64,000 bases of DNA from a virus, in the IMG/VR virus record IMGVR_UViG_3300026531_000001, positions 1 to 64,000 of that record. One strand, written 5' to 3'. This document shows positions 46,569-56,365 of the stretch, one piece after another. The translations under genes were made by a program, and so were the position numbers. Every line of letters starts with the position of its first letter. Positions within the stretch are counted from its first letter, which is position 1. A model generated the notes under the pieces. That model was not told the origin of the DNA and searched no databases. It saw only the letters and a list, made by a program, of their open reading frames with translations.

Positions 46569-46644
46569 TGGTGGACGCGACAGGATTTGAACCTGCAACC
46601 TGCCGGGTGCAAACCGGCCGCTCTCCCGTTAGAGCTACGCGCCC
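46569..46644 (-). tRNA. tRNA-Ala(TGC)
   Basis: GCCGG-TTTGCAC-CCGGC, G3:U70, CCA. Confidence 0.93.
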
Positions 46645-46646
46645 AT

Positions 46647-46732
46647 TGGCGGAGGGGGCAGGACTCGAACCTGCAACGGCTACGCCGCCCCGATTTTCGA
46701 GACCGGTTGCCGCACCTACTGGCGACCCCTCC
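46647..46732 (-). tRNA. tRNA-Ser(CGA)
   Basis: CCGGT-CTCGAAA-ATCGG, long variable arm, G73, CCA. Confidence 0.9.
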
Positions 46733-46949
46733 AAGAGCATCCGAGGGCACCCACCTGCCGACCCGGATAAGGGCGGGGCCCCATGCGTCTGCGCGCTGCC
46801 CCGCTTCCCACAAGCGGCGGTCGTGCTCCCACAACCCAAACCGCAGTCTTTAGGGTAGCGACCAGTGCCGTAGGGTGGCCAACCCCATGGAGCTGAAAAC
46901 GAGACAGACAACCTTGACAGATTGAATGCTTGGTCAATAGTCTATAATC

Positions 46950-47456
46950 ATGGACAGATTAACAAACAGCCTGCGTTTGCTGGCCACGATCGTTTTGGTC
47001 GTTCTTGCAGTGGCGCTCATCCAGTTCATGACTGCGCTAATCGCGCTGGCTCCCCACCGCTCGAGCGACGGACCGGGCACCATCGCCGCCCCCGGTGAGG
47101 TCTGGGTACTGCAGCCGGCACCGAAGAGGGAAACGGCACCTCAACGTATACGGGTACAGCGAGTTAGCTTCTACCAGGCGGTGCCGAGCCAGACGGATGG
47201 CGACCCGGAGTTTTCCGCGTGTGGCCGGACCCGCCAGCCGTGGACGCAGGTCGCGGTGAGCCGCGACCTGTTCGCTGAGCTCGGGTGCGGAACGCGGGTG
47301 CGGTTGATCCTCGACGACGGCCGGGTGATCGATGCGGTGGTGTGGGATACCATGGCACCCCGCTGGCGGGAGACCGTAGATGTGCTCGTCGCTCCCCATG
47401 AGCCCGCCATGGCCTACGGCGTGCGCGCTGGGGTGCTGGAGGTGGCGCGGCAGTGA
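46950..47456 (+). CDS. Membrane-anchored 3D-domain cell wall hydrolase-like protein
   Basis: N-terminal TM; SFY...QTD.DP...ACG, VAVSRDL, DTM and VDV motifs; TTGACA-18-TAGTCT-6nt-ATG. Confidence 0.75.
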   Translation: MDRLTNSLRLLATIVLVVLAVALIQFMTALIALAPHRSSDGPGTIAAPGEVWVLQPAPKRETAPQRIRVQRVSFYQAVPSQTDGDPEFSACGRTRQPWTQVAVSRDLFAELGCGTRVRLILDDGRVIDAVVWDTMAPRWRETVDVLVAPHEPAMAYGVRAGVLEVARQ

Positions 47457-48046
47457 TCGCTATTCCCGTGACCGTTCAGGGCCGCCTACGCCACCTTGCG
47501 ACTGGGCGGGATGGAGGACACCGGTACGCGGTAGGCCCATTTGAGCTGCGTTCGCGGACGCGCCTACAACGAGGTGTGCCAGTAATCGCCACACCGTTTT
47601 ACGGCCCCGATGGGCTACTGGCAGGTATGGACCTTTATCCGCACGATGGGGAGGCTGAGGCCGTGCTCGAGGTGCACAACTCCGGTCTATACACCTTGCC
47701 GCTGAACCGCGTTGCCCAGGTCGTAGCCGTGCGCGACCGCCACACGCTTGTGGTGCACGCTCCGTACCCTGAGCGGACCGTTGTGGTACCACCCACATCA
47801 GTGACGCGACATGCCATAGTGCGCTACCGCCAACGGGTATTGGGTACTCGCGGCACGCTATCCGCCGCCGAAGAGGAGCTGCGCCGCGTCATGACAAATG
47901 CCACGCTTGCACCACCTGCGCTAGCGCAGCAAATGCACCTCAAGCCGCCAGCGGAAAGTCTATGGGTGGCGAACAACGGCTCAGCAAAAATAGGCCTATT
48001 CGTGGACGGAGTAGGCAACGTCGTCACGATCGTTCATCTGCGATAG
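47453..48046 (+). CDS. Hypothetical protein
   Basis: VTRHAIVRYRQR...VVTI (RelE-like signature). Confidence 0.5.
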   Translation: MIAIPVTVQGRLRHLATGRDGGHRYAVGPFELRSRTRLQRGVPVIATPFYGPDGLLAGMDLYPHDGEAEAVLEVHNSGLYTLPLNRVAQVVAVRDRHTLVVHAPYPERTVVVPPTSVTRHAIVRYRQRVLGTRGTLSAAEEELRRVMTNATLAPPALAQQMHLKPPAESLWVANNGSAKIGLFVDGVGNVVTIVHLR

Positions 48047-48184
48047 CAAGAACCGGTATACTGAGATCAAGAAAACCCCTTCTGCTAGGAAAGCCGTCGC
48101 GCTTGACCAGCTCAGAAGGGGGAGTTTTTTGCAGCGACGTATCCGATTATCAGACCGACGGCACCGAGACGTAGGGTACATGGC

Positions 48185-50017
48185 ATGATGAAGCCCAAGG
48201 CCCGGCGCCTTTATTACCCGAACAAGGCGTACCTCGAGGCGGCGCGTACCGCCACCCGGCAGGATGCGCCACCTGATGAGCGCCAGGAGGCAGCGGCGCG
48301 TGCCGCCAAAGAGCTTGTCCCCCTGGCGAAGGCCGTGCCCGTGAATGAAGTGATGCGGTGGGCCCAGGCCCATGCGCCGAAGGAGCTACCCGGGGCGCAG
48401 CTCAATCGCATGGCAAAGGTAAGCCTCGACCTCGAGGACCCCAACTCGCGGTCTGTCTGGTTGGTGCGACCGGTGGGTCTCGATTGGCCGCAGTTGCGCG
48501 CCATCGTCAAAGAAGACCCGGTGCTCAAGAGTGTGATCTGGACGCGCATCAGCCAGGTGCAGCGGTTTCTGCGGCCGTCGCGGCAGGAGTGGAAGCCGGG
48601 GTACCGCATCCGCTTGCGGGATCGCCACCGCAAACCAACCCCTGAGGATGAAGCTCGTATCAGCTGGCTCGAGCAATACATCCTCAACGCCGGAGCCGAG
48701 TTCGACCCGCGCAAGCGCCGTGCGCTCCGGCGCGACAACCTGTGGGACTGGGCCTCGAAGCACCTGCAGGACTCACTCACCCTCGACGCGGCGCCGGTCG
48801 AGCTGGTTTCGACCCCCTCAGGACGCACGCACGGCTGGGTACACGTGGACGGGGGCATGGTCTACCTAGTGGACCCGAATATCGGGGCCGCCGACCGCGA
48901 GCCCCCGAGCCTGCACCAGCGTTACGGGCTCGACATCCCTGATCCCCAGGAGGTTGTGGCGATCCTAGCCCACGAAGGCCGGGTTCAGGCATGGTATACC
49001 CACGAGGACCTGCTCTACCGCGTGCGCCGCCCACATTCCGAGGCCCTAGCGCTGGGCTATGGCCAGCCGGAGCCCGAAGACCTGATCCGCATTGTCACCG
49101 GGTTCGTCAACGCGCTCACCCTAAACCTGCGCGGTTTTACGCACAACTCGATTCCCAAAGGCATCCTGGCGGTGTGGGGCGACTTCAACGGGGATGATGT
49201 AGAGCAGTTCCGCATGGAGTGGGACGCCTACGTCACCGGGGTCACTAACCGCTGGCGCCTACCCGTGCTGATCTCCGAGGACGGATCGCAGAATGCTGGG
49301 GCCAGCTTTATCCCCATTGGCCAAGATTTCAATGAGATGTACTTCGCCCGCTGGATGACGTTCCTCGTAGCCATCAAGGCGGCCCTCTACGGTATGGACC
49401 CTGAGGAGATCAACTTTGAGTCGTTCAGCGCCAAGCCGAGTACGCTTTCGGGCAGCGACACCGAGGAGCGGTTGGCAAGCTCGAAGGACAAGGGCTTGTG
49501 GCCGTTGCTGCAGTTCCTGGCCCAGACCCTCAACGAAATCCTGTACACGGTAGACCCAGACTTCGAGCTCTACTGGACGGGCCTCGAGCAGGACCAGCAA
49601 CTCGCCAAAGCGGACGAAGAGAAGATGCTCACCCTGGGCGAGTTCCGCCGGCGCCGCGGCGAACCCGAGCCGGATTCGGAGGTCCTCGCCAACGCGCCGA
49701 TGAACCCCGCGCTGCTCTCGCTGTACCAGATGGAGCTGCAGGAACAGCAAGCCCAGGAGCAGCAGGCCGCAGGCGTCCCGGACGGGGGGGCGATGCCCCC
49801 CGGGGCCGAAGCGGCCCCGGGGCAGGAGGAAGAGGGGGCTCAGCCCGAAGAGGCCCAGGGCGCGCCGGGTCAGGAAGAGGACGCGCCCCCGGCCGATCCG
49901 CAAGAGGCGGAAGAGTGGGCCCTCGAGCACCATCTGCCGCAGACCCCGGGAGCGGGAGATGAGGACCTGGCCAAGGCCGTGACCGAGATCGAGGTGTGGC
50001 CGGAGGAGGCCGAGTAA
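48185..50017 (+). CDS. Portal protein
   Basis: DSLTLD, VDG, GYG.PE.E, N...F...PKGIL and MDPEEINF motifs. Confidence 0.9.
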   Translation: MMKPKARRLYYPNKAYLEAARTATRQDAPPDERQEAAARAAKELVPLAKAVPVNEVMRWAQAHAPKELPGAQLNRMAKVSLDLEDPNSRSVWLVRPVGLDWPQLRAIVKEDPVLKSVIWTRISQVQRFLRPSRQEWKPGYRIRLRDRHRKPTPEDEARISWLEQYILNAGAEFDPRKRRALRRDNLWDWASKHLQDSLTLDAAPVELVSTPSGRTHGWVHVDGGMVYLVDPNIGAADREPPSLHQRYGLDIPDPQEVVAILAHEGRVQAWYTHEDLLYRVRRPHSEALALGYGQPEPEDLIRIVTGFVNALTLNLRGFTHNSIPKGILAVWGDFNGDDVEQFRMEWDAYVTGVTNRWRLPVLISEDGSQNAGASFIPIGQDFNEMYFARWMTFLVAIKAALYGMDPEEINFESFSAKPSTLSGSDTEERLASSKDKGLWPLLQFLAQTLNEILYTVDPDFELYWTGLEQDQQLAKADEEKMLTLGEFRRRRGEPEPDSEVLANAPMNPALLSLYQMELQEQQAQEQQAAGVPDGGAMPPGAEAAPGQEEEGAQPEEAQGAPGQEEDAPPADPQEAEEWALEHHLPQTPGAGDEDLAKAVTEIEVWPEEAE

Positions 50018-50592
50018 TGCCGCGGTACGTTGTGTACCTCGCCAAGGCGCACGCGACCGGCTACCCCCTCGCCGGCCGCCGCCGCTGGCGCGGGCTCGAG
50101 ATCAGCATAGAGGCCAAGGCCGGCCAGTACCGCCCATGGAAAGATGACCAGGGGCGTGAGGGCAAGACCCTCATGCGCTACGACTACGGGTACATCCGTG
50201 GCACCGAGGGGGTGGACAAGGCCCCGCACAAGAAGCGCCCGGACCACCTCGACTGCTACGTCGGGCCCTATGAGGGCGCGCGCTGGGTCTACATCGTGCA
50301 CCAGATCGTCCCCAAAACGGGCGAGCACGACGAGGACAAGGTGATGCTGGGCTTCCGCTCGGCACGCGACGCCAAGGCCGCCTACCTTGCCCACATCCCG
50401 CGCAGCTACTACGGCGGGATGAGCCGCATGCCGGCTGAGACCTTTGTGCGCCTGGTCAAGGAGGGGAGGCTGCGAGGGCGCGTGGTCCTGGGCGAGCCGG
50501 TGCCGGGGGCCCGGGCCAAGGAGCTGCGCACCCTGCTCGAAATCGCCCGTCGCGGGCGGCTGGCCCGGGTGCCAGATAGGGGAGAGGTATGA
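50017..50592 (+). CDS. Phage inorganic-pyrophosphatase-like (InPase) domain protein
   Basis: MRYDYGYIRGTEG.D...DHLDCYVG...HQ...DEDKVMLGF.S...AK.AY. Confidence 0.8.
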   Translation: MPRYVVYLAKAHATGYPLAGRRRWRGLEISIEAKAGQYRPWKDDQGREGKTLMRYDYGYIRGTEGVDKAPHKKRPDHLDCYVGPYEGARWVYIVHQIVPKTGEHDEDKVMLGFRSARDAKAAYLAHIPRSYYGGMSRMPAETFVRLVKEGRLRGRVVLGEPVPGARAKELRTLLEIARRGRLARVPDRGEV

Positions 50593-51593
50593 GCGTGCTG
50601 GCGGCTTCCGAACGCGACGTATGGAGCCCCGACCCCGACCCGTTCGTGGCCGCGCTCGAGCGCGGCATGACGGCGCTCGGGACGAGCTACCTGTACCACG
50701 TGCACCGCGACCTGCACCGCGTGCTCAAGCTGCCCCCTTTGCCGGCCAGCTACATCCGGGAGCTCTACCATGTGGACACCCTCGCCAAGGCGAGCCAGGC
50801 CGAGGCGCGGCGTAAGGCCCTCGAGCGCGCCCGGGAAACCTACGAGCGGGTGCTGGCCGGGCGATCCCCGGGCGAAGCAGTGCCCCCGGAGGTTTACCGC
50901 GACCTGGTGCAGGCGATCACGGATGAATGGTACGGCCGCGGGCGGCTCGAAACGCGCGCCCAGCAGCGGGCCGTTGCCAGTTACATCACAGGGTTGCTGC
51001 AAGCGGGGTACATGACCCAGGCCAACCCCAAGGCCCTACTCGAGCGGTATGCCGGCGTCCTCGGCGAGCGGCACGCCATGCGCATCGAGTTCGCCCGCGC
51101 CCGAGCAGCCGAGCATATACGCCACCTGGATGAGAATACCCGCCACGCCATCGTGCAGGTGATCTACGCCTGGGAGGAGGACCGCCGCCAGCCCATGGAC
51201 CTAGCCCGGGCACTCGCCGACCAGTTCGGTCGCCTCAACCGCGACTGGCGCCGGGTTGCGCTTACGGAAGTGGCTCGCAACCGCGCGGCCGGCTACCTAG
51301 CAGGGCTCCCCGATGGGGCCGTGGTGGAGTGGAGCGCTGCGAGGGACGCCTGCGACAAGTGCCGCAAGCTCCACGGCCGGCGCTTCACGGTGGTGCCGGG
51401 CCCGGGCGACCCCAAGCTGGACGTATGGCCGGGCAAGAACCCCATCGGCCGGCGCGACCCCGTAGAGCACGCCGCGATCCCGTTGCACCCCCACTGCCGT
51501 TGCCGCTGGATCCACGTCAGCCGCGCCGGGGAGGGTGTGAACCCCGAGTTTGAGCGAAAGCTGCAGGGGCTGATTGCGCTCGCTACTCGATAG
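50589..51593 (+). CDS. MuF-like head morphogenesis protein
   Basis: RDWRRVALTE, CDKCRKL and PLHPHCRCRW motifs. Confidence 0.85.
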   Translation: MSVLAASERDVWSPDPDPFVAALERGMTALGTSYLYHVHRDLHRVLKLPPLPASYIRELYHVDTLAKASQAEARRKALERARETYERVLAGRSPGEAVPPEVYRDLVQAITDEWYGRGRLETRAQQRAVASYITGLLQAGYMTQANPKALLERYAGVLGERHAMRIEFARARAAEHIRHLDENTRHAIVQVIYAWEEDRRQPMDLARALADQFGRLNRDWRRVALTEVARNRAAGYLAGLPDGAVVEWSAARDACDKCRKLHGRRFTVVPGPGDPKLDVWPGKNPIGRRDPVEHAAIPLHPHCRCRWIHVSRAGEGVNPEFERKLQGLIALATR

Positions 51594-51650
51594 ACAGACG
51601 CCCTTGCCAGCTTGACAGCTTTTCCATGTGTCCGATAAGCTGGACACGTG
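51592..51650 (+). promoter_or_regulatory. Early promoter/operator
   Basis: GACAGAC box, TTGACA-18-TAAGCT, GTGTCCGATAAGCTGGACAC. Confidence 0.7.
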
Positions 51651-51661
51651 GGAGGTTGCCT

Positions 51662-52108
51662 ATGAAATCAAAAAAGGTGGTAGCCGAGCATCGGTGTGCC
51701 CTGTGCGGACGCCCGATCAAGGGTACCCGCCGCGCCGTGCCTGGCATCGGCATGCTGGGGCCGCGGTGCTACGCAAAGTTCGGCGCGTACGAGACGGTCT
51801 TAGCGCAGTACGGAGCAGAAGAGCTCTTCCTCACCGGGTCCATGCGGGTGGGGGAGAACGAGGGGCCAGATCGCACCCGTCAGGTGAATGCCCTACTCGA
51901 TCGCTTGAAGAGGGGCGGTGTCCGCTACCAGGTCGAGCACGGCCGCGATGAGAGCACGGGCGAAGGGTATGCGGTGATACGGGTTCTCGGACTACCCAAA
52001 AAAGCCAAATTGCGGAAGCGCGCCATGGATGTATGGACGGAGTGGGCGAAGGAGGTTGAACGCCGCGACATCGAGCGCAAGTTCGGGTTCGGGGAGGTAG
52101 ACAAATGA
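51662..52108 (+). CDS. Zn-finger hypothetical protein
   Basis: CALCGRPI...GPRC; GGAGG RBS. Confidence 0.6.
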   Translation: MKSKKVVAEHRCALCGRPIKGTRRAVPGIGMLGPRCYAKFGAYETVLAQYGAEELFLTGSMRVGENEGPDRTRQVNALLDRLKRGGVRYQVEHGRDESTGEGYAVIRVLGLPKKAKLRKRAMDVWTEWAKEVERRDIERKFGFGEVDK

Positions 52109-52443
52109 ACGCGATCGGATGGGCAATTACCGGCCCGCGGAACAATGCGCAGTTAGTTTTGTGGTCCAAAGAGCAGGGCTGGACGTATCGCACCAGAGGG
52201 GAGCGAAGCGAGCTGGAAGAGCTGGCGCGCGATTTCGCCGATGTGCGCATCGGGGTTGACCCGCTAGAGGCAGAGGTTCGAGCAAAAACCCGCACATTTT
52301 CCGTGCGCTACGATTCCGAGCTCGGGTACTACGGCGAGGCGGAAACGCGCGACGGGCGCACGCTACGCACAAACCGTCAGCCAGAACCTAAAGCGGTCCT
52401 GCGCTACTTCCTGAACCAGCTCAGGGGAGGTATTTCGGCATGA
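52105..52443 (+). CDS. Hypothetical protein
   Basis: Coupled ORF with RBS. Confidence 0.55.
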   Translation: MNAIGWAITGPRNNAQLVLWSKEQGWTYRTRGERSELEELARDFADVRIGVDPLEAEVRAKTRTFSVRYDSELGYYGEAETRDGRTLRTNRQPEPKAVLRYFLNQLRGGISA

Positions 52444-53285
52444 GAGCACAGCGGAGATCGCGTGGCGTGCGGCCAAAAGATCCCACGCTGCGCAACCCGT
52501 GTGGCCGGGCACTGGGGGAGTATGTAGAGGTTGCATGGGTCATTTCTGAGGCCGGCGTTAGCTACGCCGCTTTTCGTGATTGGCGCGTACACCGCGGGTA
52601 TACAAAATGCCCTTCATTTTGGCGGTCTAGCGGTCGCACATTCGTGCGGTGGGAGGTGGCGGAGGAATATCTCAATGGCGACGGGATACCGCGCGTGCCT
52701 AATCCGCCGACGGGATGGGTGCCGATTGCGCGCGCGAAAGAGCTCATGGGAGTCAGCGGTGAGTATTTGACAAAGGCAGCACGGCGGGGAGAGCTAACTG
52801 CCGTTCGTTGCCGCCAGCAGTTTTATTTCGAGCCAGACGCACTAAATCAGATGCGTGAAAACCACAACATACCCGGGGGATGGAAGACGACGGCTGATTT
52901 GGCGCGAGAGTTAGGGCTTGACCCGCGGACAATTCTCAGCCGGGCAAAGGCATTGGGGATAAACAAGCGGCTTGCGCCAGATCGCAGAGCGCAAAGGCGG
53001 GTACGGTGGTTTTCTCCCCTCGAGGCGGAAATGGTGAGGAGTTACCGGGACATACGGCGTAGCGTTCCTGACGGATGGGTGCGATGCGCAGATGAGGCAG
53101 AAAAGCTCGGTTGGAACCGTCGTAGCCCGCTAGCGTGGGCGAAACACCATGGGTACCCGATGGCCTATGTCAGCGTTCCGGGACAGCGCGGAACGGCTAG
53201 CTACTGCCCCAAGTGGGTGTGGGACGAATACGTAAAGCAGCGCAGGCGTAACGAAAGGAAGCGGCGCAGGAGGGAGGCGGCATGA
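52440..53285 (+). CDS. Multi-HTH (MerR/excisionase-like) DNA-binding protein
   Basis: Three P.GW-HTH repeats. Confidence 0.6.
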   Translation: MRAQRRSRGVRPKDPTLRNPCGRALGEYVEVAWVISEAGVSYAAFRDWRVHRGYTKCPSFWRSSGRTFVRWEVAEEYLNGDGIPRVPNPPTGWVPIARAKELMGVSGEYLTKAARRGELTAVRCRQQFYFEPDALNQMRENHNIPGGWKTTADLARELGLDPRTILSRAKALGINKRLAPDRRAQRRVRWFSPLEAEMVRSYRDIRRSVPDGWVRCADEAEKLGWNRRSPLAWAKHHGYPMAYVSVPGQRGTASYCPKWVWDEYVKQRRRNERKRRRREAA

Positions 53286-53590
53286 CGGCAGCTAAGCCAA
53301 AGCTGGTGGAGCTTGCGGGCATGGTTTCCCGCGCGCGTGAGGCACTGCAGGGGCCGGCGACGGAAGCGATCGAGCGGGCCCTGGATGCGATCAAGGTCGT
53401 GGACGGTAGCACCGAAGGCGAACGCGGCGAAGCGCTAGAGGACGCCGTCAGGCATGCCAGGGAAGTGGTGACGAGCGCCTACGGCCAGCTGCGGGCGGCG
53501 GAAACGGTGATGTGGACCCTGCACCACGCCTTGATGGAAGAGCAACGCCACCACCCGGAGGAGCAAGGGGAGTCATCCGATGAGCGTTGA
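53282..53590 (+). CDS. Hypothetical protein
   Basis: Coupled ORF with RBS. Confidence 0.55.
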   Translation: MTAAKPKLVELAGMVSRAREALQGPATEAIERALDAIKVVDGSTEGERGEALEDAVRHAREVVTSAYGQLRAAETVMWTLHHALMEEQRHHPEEQGESSDER

Positions 53591-54092
53591 CGTGCGCGAC
53601 GAGCTGCGTACGGTGCTGGGCGAACTGGCCCGGGTCAGGAGCGAAGCGCAGTCCCTGGGCGCGCGCCTACGTGATCGGGAAGCCGAGTGGCGGGAGCGCT
53701 TCGAGCGCCAGCATGCGGATGAGATCGCTAGACGCGACGCCGCAAGCCAGCGCGCAGCTGAGCTCGAAGAGCGCGCCAAGGAGCTGGCAGTGCAGATCGC
53801 ACGCGAGCGAGGCGACAAGTCACCAGCTCGCGGCATCCGGGTGAAAGTCGTGCGCAAGATTCAGTACGACCCCGACAAGGCGGTTCGGTGGGCCCTCGAG
53901 CGCCGAGCGACGGAGGTTCTGGCGCTGGCGGGGCGCCGCGCCTTTCTCGACTACCTCAAACGGGCGGGTGAAAAGCCCGATTTCATCGAGGAGGAAGAGG
54001 TCTACCAGGCCATGATCACCAAGGAACTGGGTGCCGAGGAACAGGCACCCGCAAAGGAGGAACATAGTGAAGCGAGCGACCTTCCCTTTTGA
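53580..54092 (+). CDS. Gam/Gp157-like coiled-coil protein with acidic DLPF tail
   Basis: Coiled coil; YDPDKAVRWA; C-terminal SDLPF. Confidence 0.55.
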   Translation: MSVDVRDELRTVLGELARVRSEAQSLGARLRDREAEWRERFERQHADEIARRDAASQRAAELEERAKELAVQIARERGDKSPARGIRVKVVRKIQYDPDKAVRWALERRATEVLALAGRRAFLDYLKRAGEKPDFIEEEEVYQAMITKELGAEEQAPAKEEHSEASDLPF

Positions 54093-54282
54093 CCCGCGCC
54101 TCATCGCCCTGCTCGGCCGCGCTGCGCGGCGGTCGGCACCTGGCGAGCGCGAGCGCAAAGACCGGCGCAAGGGCAGCAAGCGGCCATTCCGGGCACTGAG
54201 TGGCCGGAAGAGGGCCGCGCGCAAGCGCCAGCGCCAGGCGCGCCGCGCCGCAGCGCGCCTGCGGCGCGTGAGGGGGCGCTAG
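54067..54282 (+). CDS. Arg-rich small protein
   Basis: AGGAGG RBS plus GTG; RKRAARKRQRQARRAAARLRR. Confidence 0.45.
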   Translation: MKRATFPFDPRLIALLGRAARRSAPGERERKDRRKGSKRPFRALSGRKRAARKRQRQARRAAARLRRVRGR

Positions 54283-54284
54283 CC

Positions 54285-54773
54285 ATGCGGCTCATGCGCG
54301 AGATGTGCGAGAAGACCACCTGCCCGACCTGTGGCGGCGAACGGGTGGTTGCGGACCCCTTCGGTTTCTGGAGCGAAGCGGACAAGCGCGGCATTCAAAG
54401 CGACGACATGGTTGCCCTGCGCCTCCTCGCCGCTGAGCTGGGCATTGCCGACGACCAGTACCCCGATCGCAACCCGGGGTGGCTTCCACCTGAGGAGGAG
54501 CAGTGCCACGCTTGCGGCGGCTCCGGGGAGGTTTGCCAGGAGCGCACGGCCCTGGCCTACGACCGGGATGGCCAGGTGATCGTAGTGCGCGGCGTACCGG
54601 GCGTGGTCGCTGACGACGGGGAGTTCCTTGGGTACTCCGAGGCCACCGTAGAGCGCTTGCAGACACTGGTTCACCGGGCGCGGAGTGAGCACTCGGGCAC
54701 CGAGCTCGTCATGGTCGAGTTTGAGAGCGGGTGCCTCATTCCCATGGAGCGCCAAACCCGGGAGGTGGGATGA
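54285..54773 (+). CDS. Zn-finger protein (DnaJ-like CxxCxG pairs plus MqsA/YgiT-like segment)
   Basis: CPTCGG, CHACGGSG and IVVRGVPG....GE. Confidence 0.55.
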   Translation: MRLMREMCEKTTCPTCGGERVVADPFGFWSEADKRGIQSDDMVALRLLAAELGIADDQYPDRNPGWLPPEEEQCHACGGSGEVCQERTALAYDRDGQVIVVRGVPGVVADDGEFLGYSEATVERLQTLVHRARSEHSGTELVMVEFESGCLIPMERQTREVG

Positions 54774-55240
54774 TGCCGCGCTTGCGCACAATGCTGAACC
54801 GGGCCGTCGGCCACTTCCTGAACTTCACGCGGTTGGGCCAGTGGATCATGGCCCACCGTTTCAAGCTCTTGTACCGCAATGCGCAGAACGACTATGTACG
54901 CGTCGTACTCAGCAACTACTGCCGCTATGTGCTCAGTTACCCCATCATGCCGATGCGGAGCGCACTTTTCCGCCACATGTGCAAGGAGCTGGCTGAGCTG
55001 GACGGGAACCCGTGGGGCAGCGGCCCGCCCACTTTCACGCGTTCCCACGCCGAGCAGCTGGGCTGGCTCGAGCGCGAAGAAGACTGGATCGAGCAAAAGC
55101 TCGCCCTGGGAAACCTTAGCGCGAGCGAGGCGGCGCGGCACCTGGACCGGCTCGAGCGCGTCCGCGCACGCATCGAGGAGCTGCGGCTGCTGCGAAGGGA
55201 AACGCGCGCTCAGGGGGGTTGCAATGACAACAACACGTAA
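54770..55240 (+). CDS. Hypothetical protein
   Basis: GGAGG RBS; coupled. Confidence 0.5.
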   Translation: MMPRLRTMLNRAVGHFLNFTRLGQWIMAHRFKLLYRNAQNDYVRVVLSNYCRYVLSYPIMPMRSALFRHMCKELAELDGNPWGSGPPTFTRSHAEQLGWLEREEDWIEQKLALGNLSASEAARHLDRLERVRARIEELRLLRRETRAQGGCNDNNT

Positions 55241-55568
55241 AAAAACTTATTTACTCATCTCATTCAAAGGTGAAAACGACATACCAGAGCAACTAAGTAG
55301 CCGGAAAGTAGGCACCTACCTAAGAGGCTATTCGTGGCCAATTATAGCTACCACAGGCCATGAGTGGATTGCGAGTGACGCACGACGCATGGGCGGTGGT
55401 CGCCAGTATGCTGTGGCGGCATACGAACTATCCGGCTGTTTCGATGGGAGCCTGCAGGGACAGCTGGCGTGGGTCATCTACCCCGGTAAAATACACGGCC
55501 GCTGGATACCAGGAATGAGGCCTCCGAAAGGCCCTTTTACTCAGGAGGCAGAGCATGATCGGCAGTAG
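55224..55568 (+). CDS. Hypothetical protein, paralogue of 55976-56365
   Basis: Y.VAAYEL.GC..G.L...LA.V shared motif. Confidence 0.55.
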   Translation: MTTTRKKTYLLISFKGENDIPEQLSSRKVGTYLRGYSWPIIATTGHEWIASDARRMGGGRQYAVAAYELSGCFDGSLQGQLAWVIYPGKIHGRWIPGMRPPKGPFTQEAEHDRQ

Positions 55569-56004
55569 CTGCCCGATGGATGCAGATCCAGTGGAGCTTT
55601 ACACTCCTGTGGTGCGTAAGGCGCGAAAACCGCACCTTTGCTACGAGTGCAGCCAGGTGATTGCGCCCGGGACAACGTACACGTACGTGAGCTACAAGGC
55701 AGAAGGCGAGTTTTTCAATCACAAGTTTTGCGGAACGTGCTGGGAGCTTTCGCAGTTTGCCGTTCGGATCGGGATCGAGGTGGTGTTCGGCGAACTGTGG
55801 GAAGCGCTACACGCATGCGGCCGGGACCTGATTGCGCGGCGGTTCGCGCTCTTCAACTATGACCGCGCCTACGCGCACCGGCAACTTGTGCAGCGGGGGA
55901 AGCTGAGCGAAGAAGCTGCCGATGTATTGCTCAACAGGGTGTACAAGCTTGCATTCAGGGAGGAGGGCGATCGGGATGGGAAAGACAACGATCGAGTGGG
56001 TTGA
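55555..56004 (+). CDS. Zn-finger hypothetical protein
   Basis: KARKPHLCYEC...I.PG..Y...C..C. Confidence 0.65.
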   Translation: MIGSSCPMDADPVELYTPVVRKARKPHLCYECSQVIAPGTTYTYVSYKAEGEFFNHKFCGTCWELSQFAVRIGIEVVFGELWEALHACGRDLIARRFALFNYDRAYAHRQLVQRGKLSEEAADVLLNRVYKLAFREEGDRDGKDNDRVG

Positions 56005-56365
56005 GGAGACTGGGAACCCGCCGACGCATGACCAGCTGTACTTGCTCGTCCTCTACCACGAAGGCGACACCCCGCCTGAAGTGCTTGTGGGCCGGCAGGT
56101 CAGGGACCTGCTCGGTTCGCGTGTATGGCCGGAGGTTATGACCACATACCGGATGTGGCTGGAGCCGCACGCCCACAAGATGGGGATGAATGGCAAATAC
56201 ACCGTGGCGGCGTATGAGCTGCGTGGATGCTTGCACGGCGAGCTGAGAGCAACGTTGGCGCGGGTCTACTGGGCAGGCGGGCGCGTAGGTCGCCTGAAGA
56301 CCACGCTGCAGCCGCCCAGCTGGGTGGCGGAGAGGGGGGAGGACCATGGGCAAGACGGCGATTGA
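55976..56365 (+). CDS. Hypothetical chimeric protein
   Basis: N-terminus copies Gp37/68; body is paralogous to 55224. Confidence 0.55.
   Translation: MGKTTIEWVEETGNPPTHDQLYLLVLYHEGDTPPEVLVGRQVRDLLGSRVWPEVMTTYRMWLEPHAHKMGMNGKYTVAAYELRGCLHGELRATLARVYWAGGRVGRLKTTLQPPSWVAERGEDHGQDGD

Noticed and set aside
46198-46937. ORF-track ORFs over the tRNA cluster, and 4774-5214 over the tmRNA
   Set aside because: They overlap RNA genes; spurious
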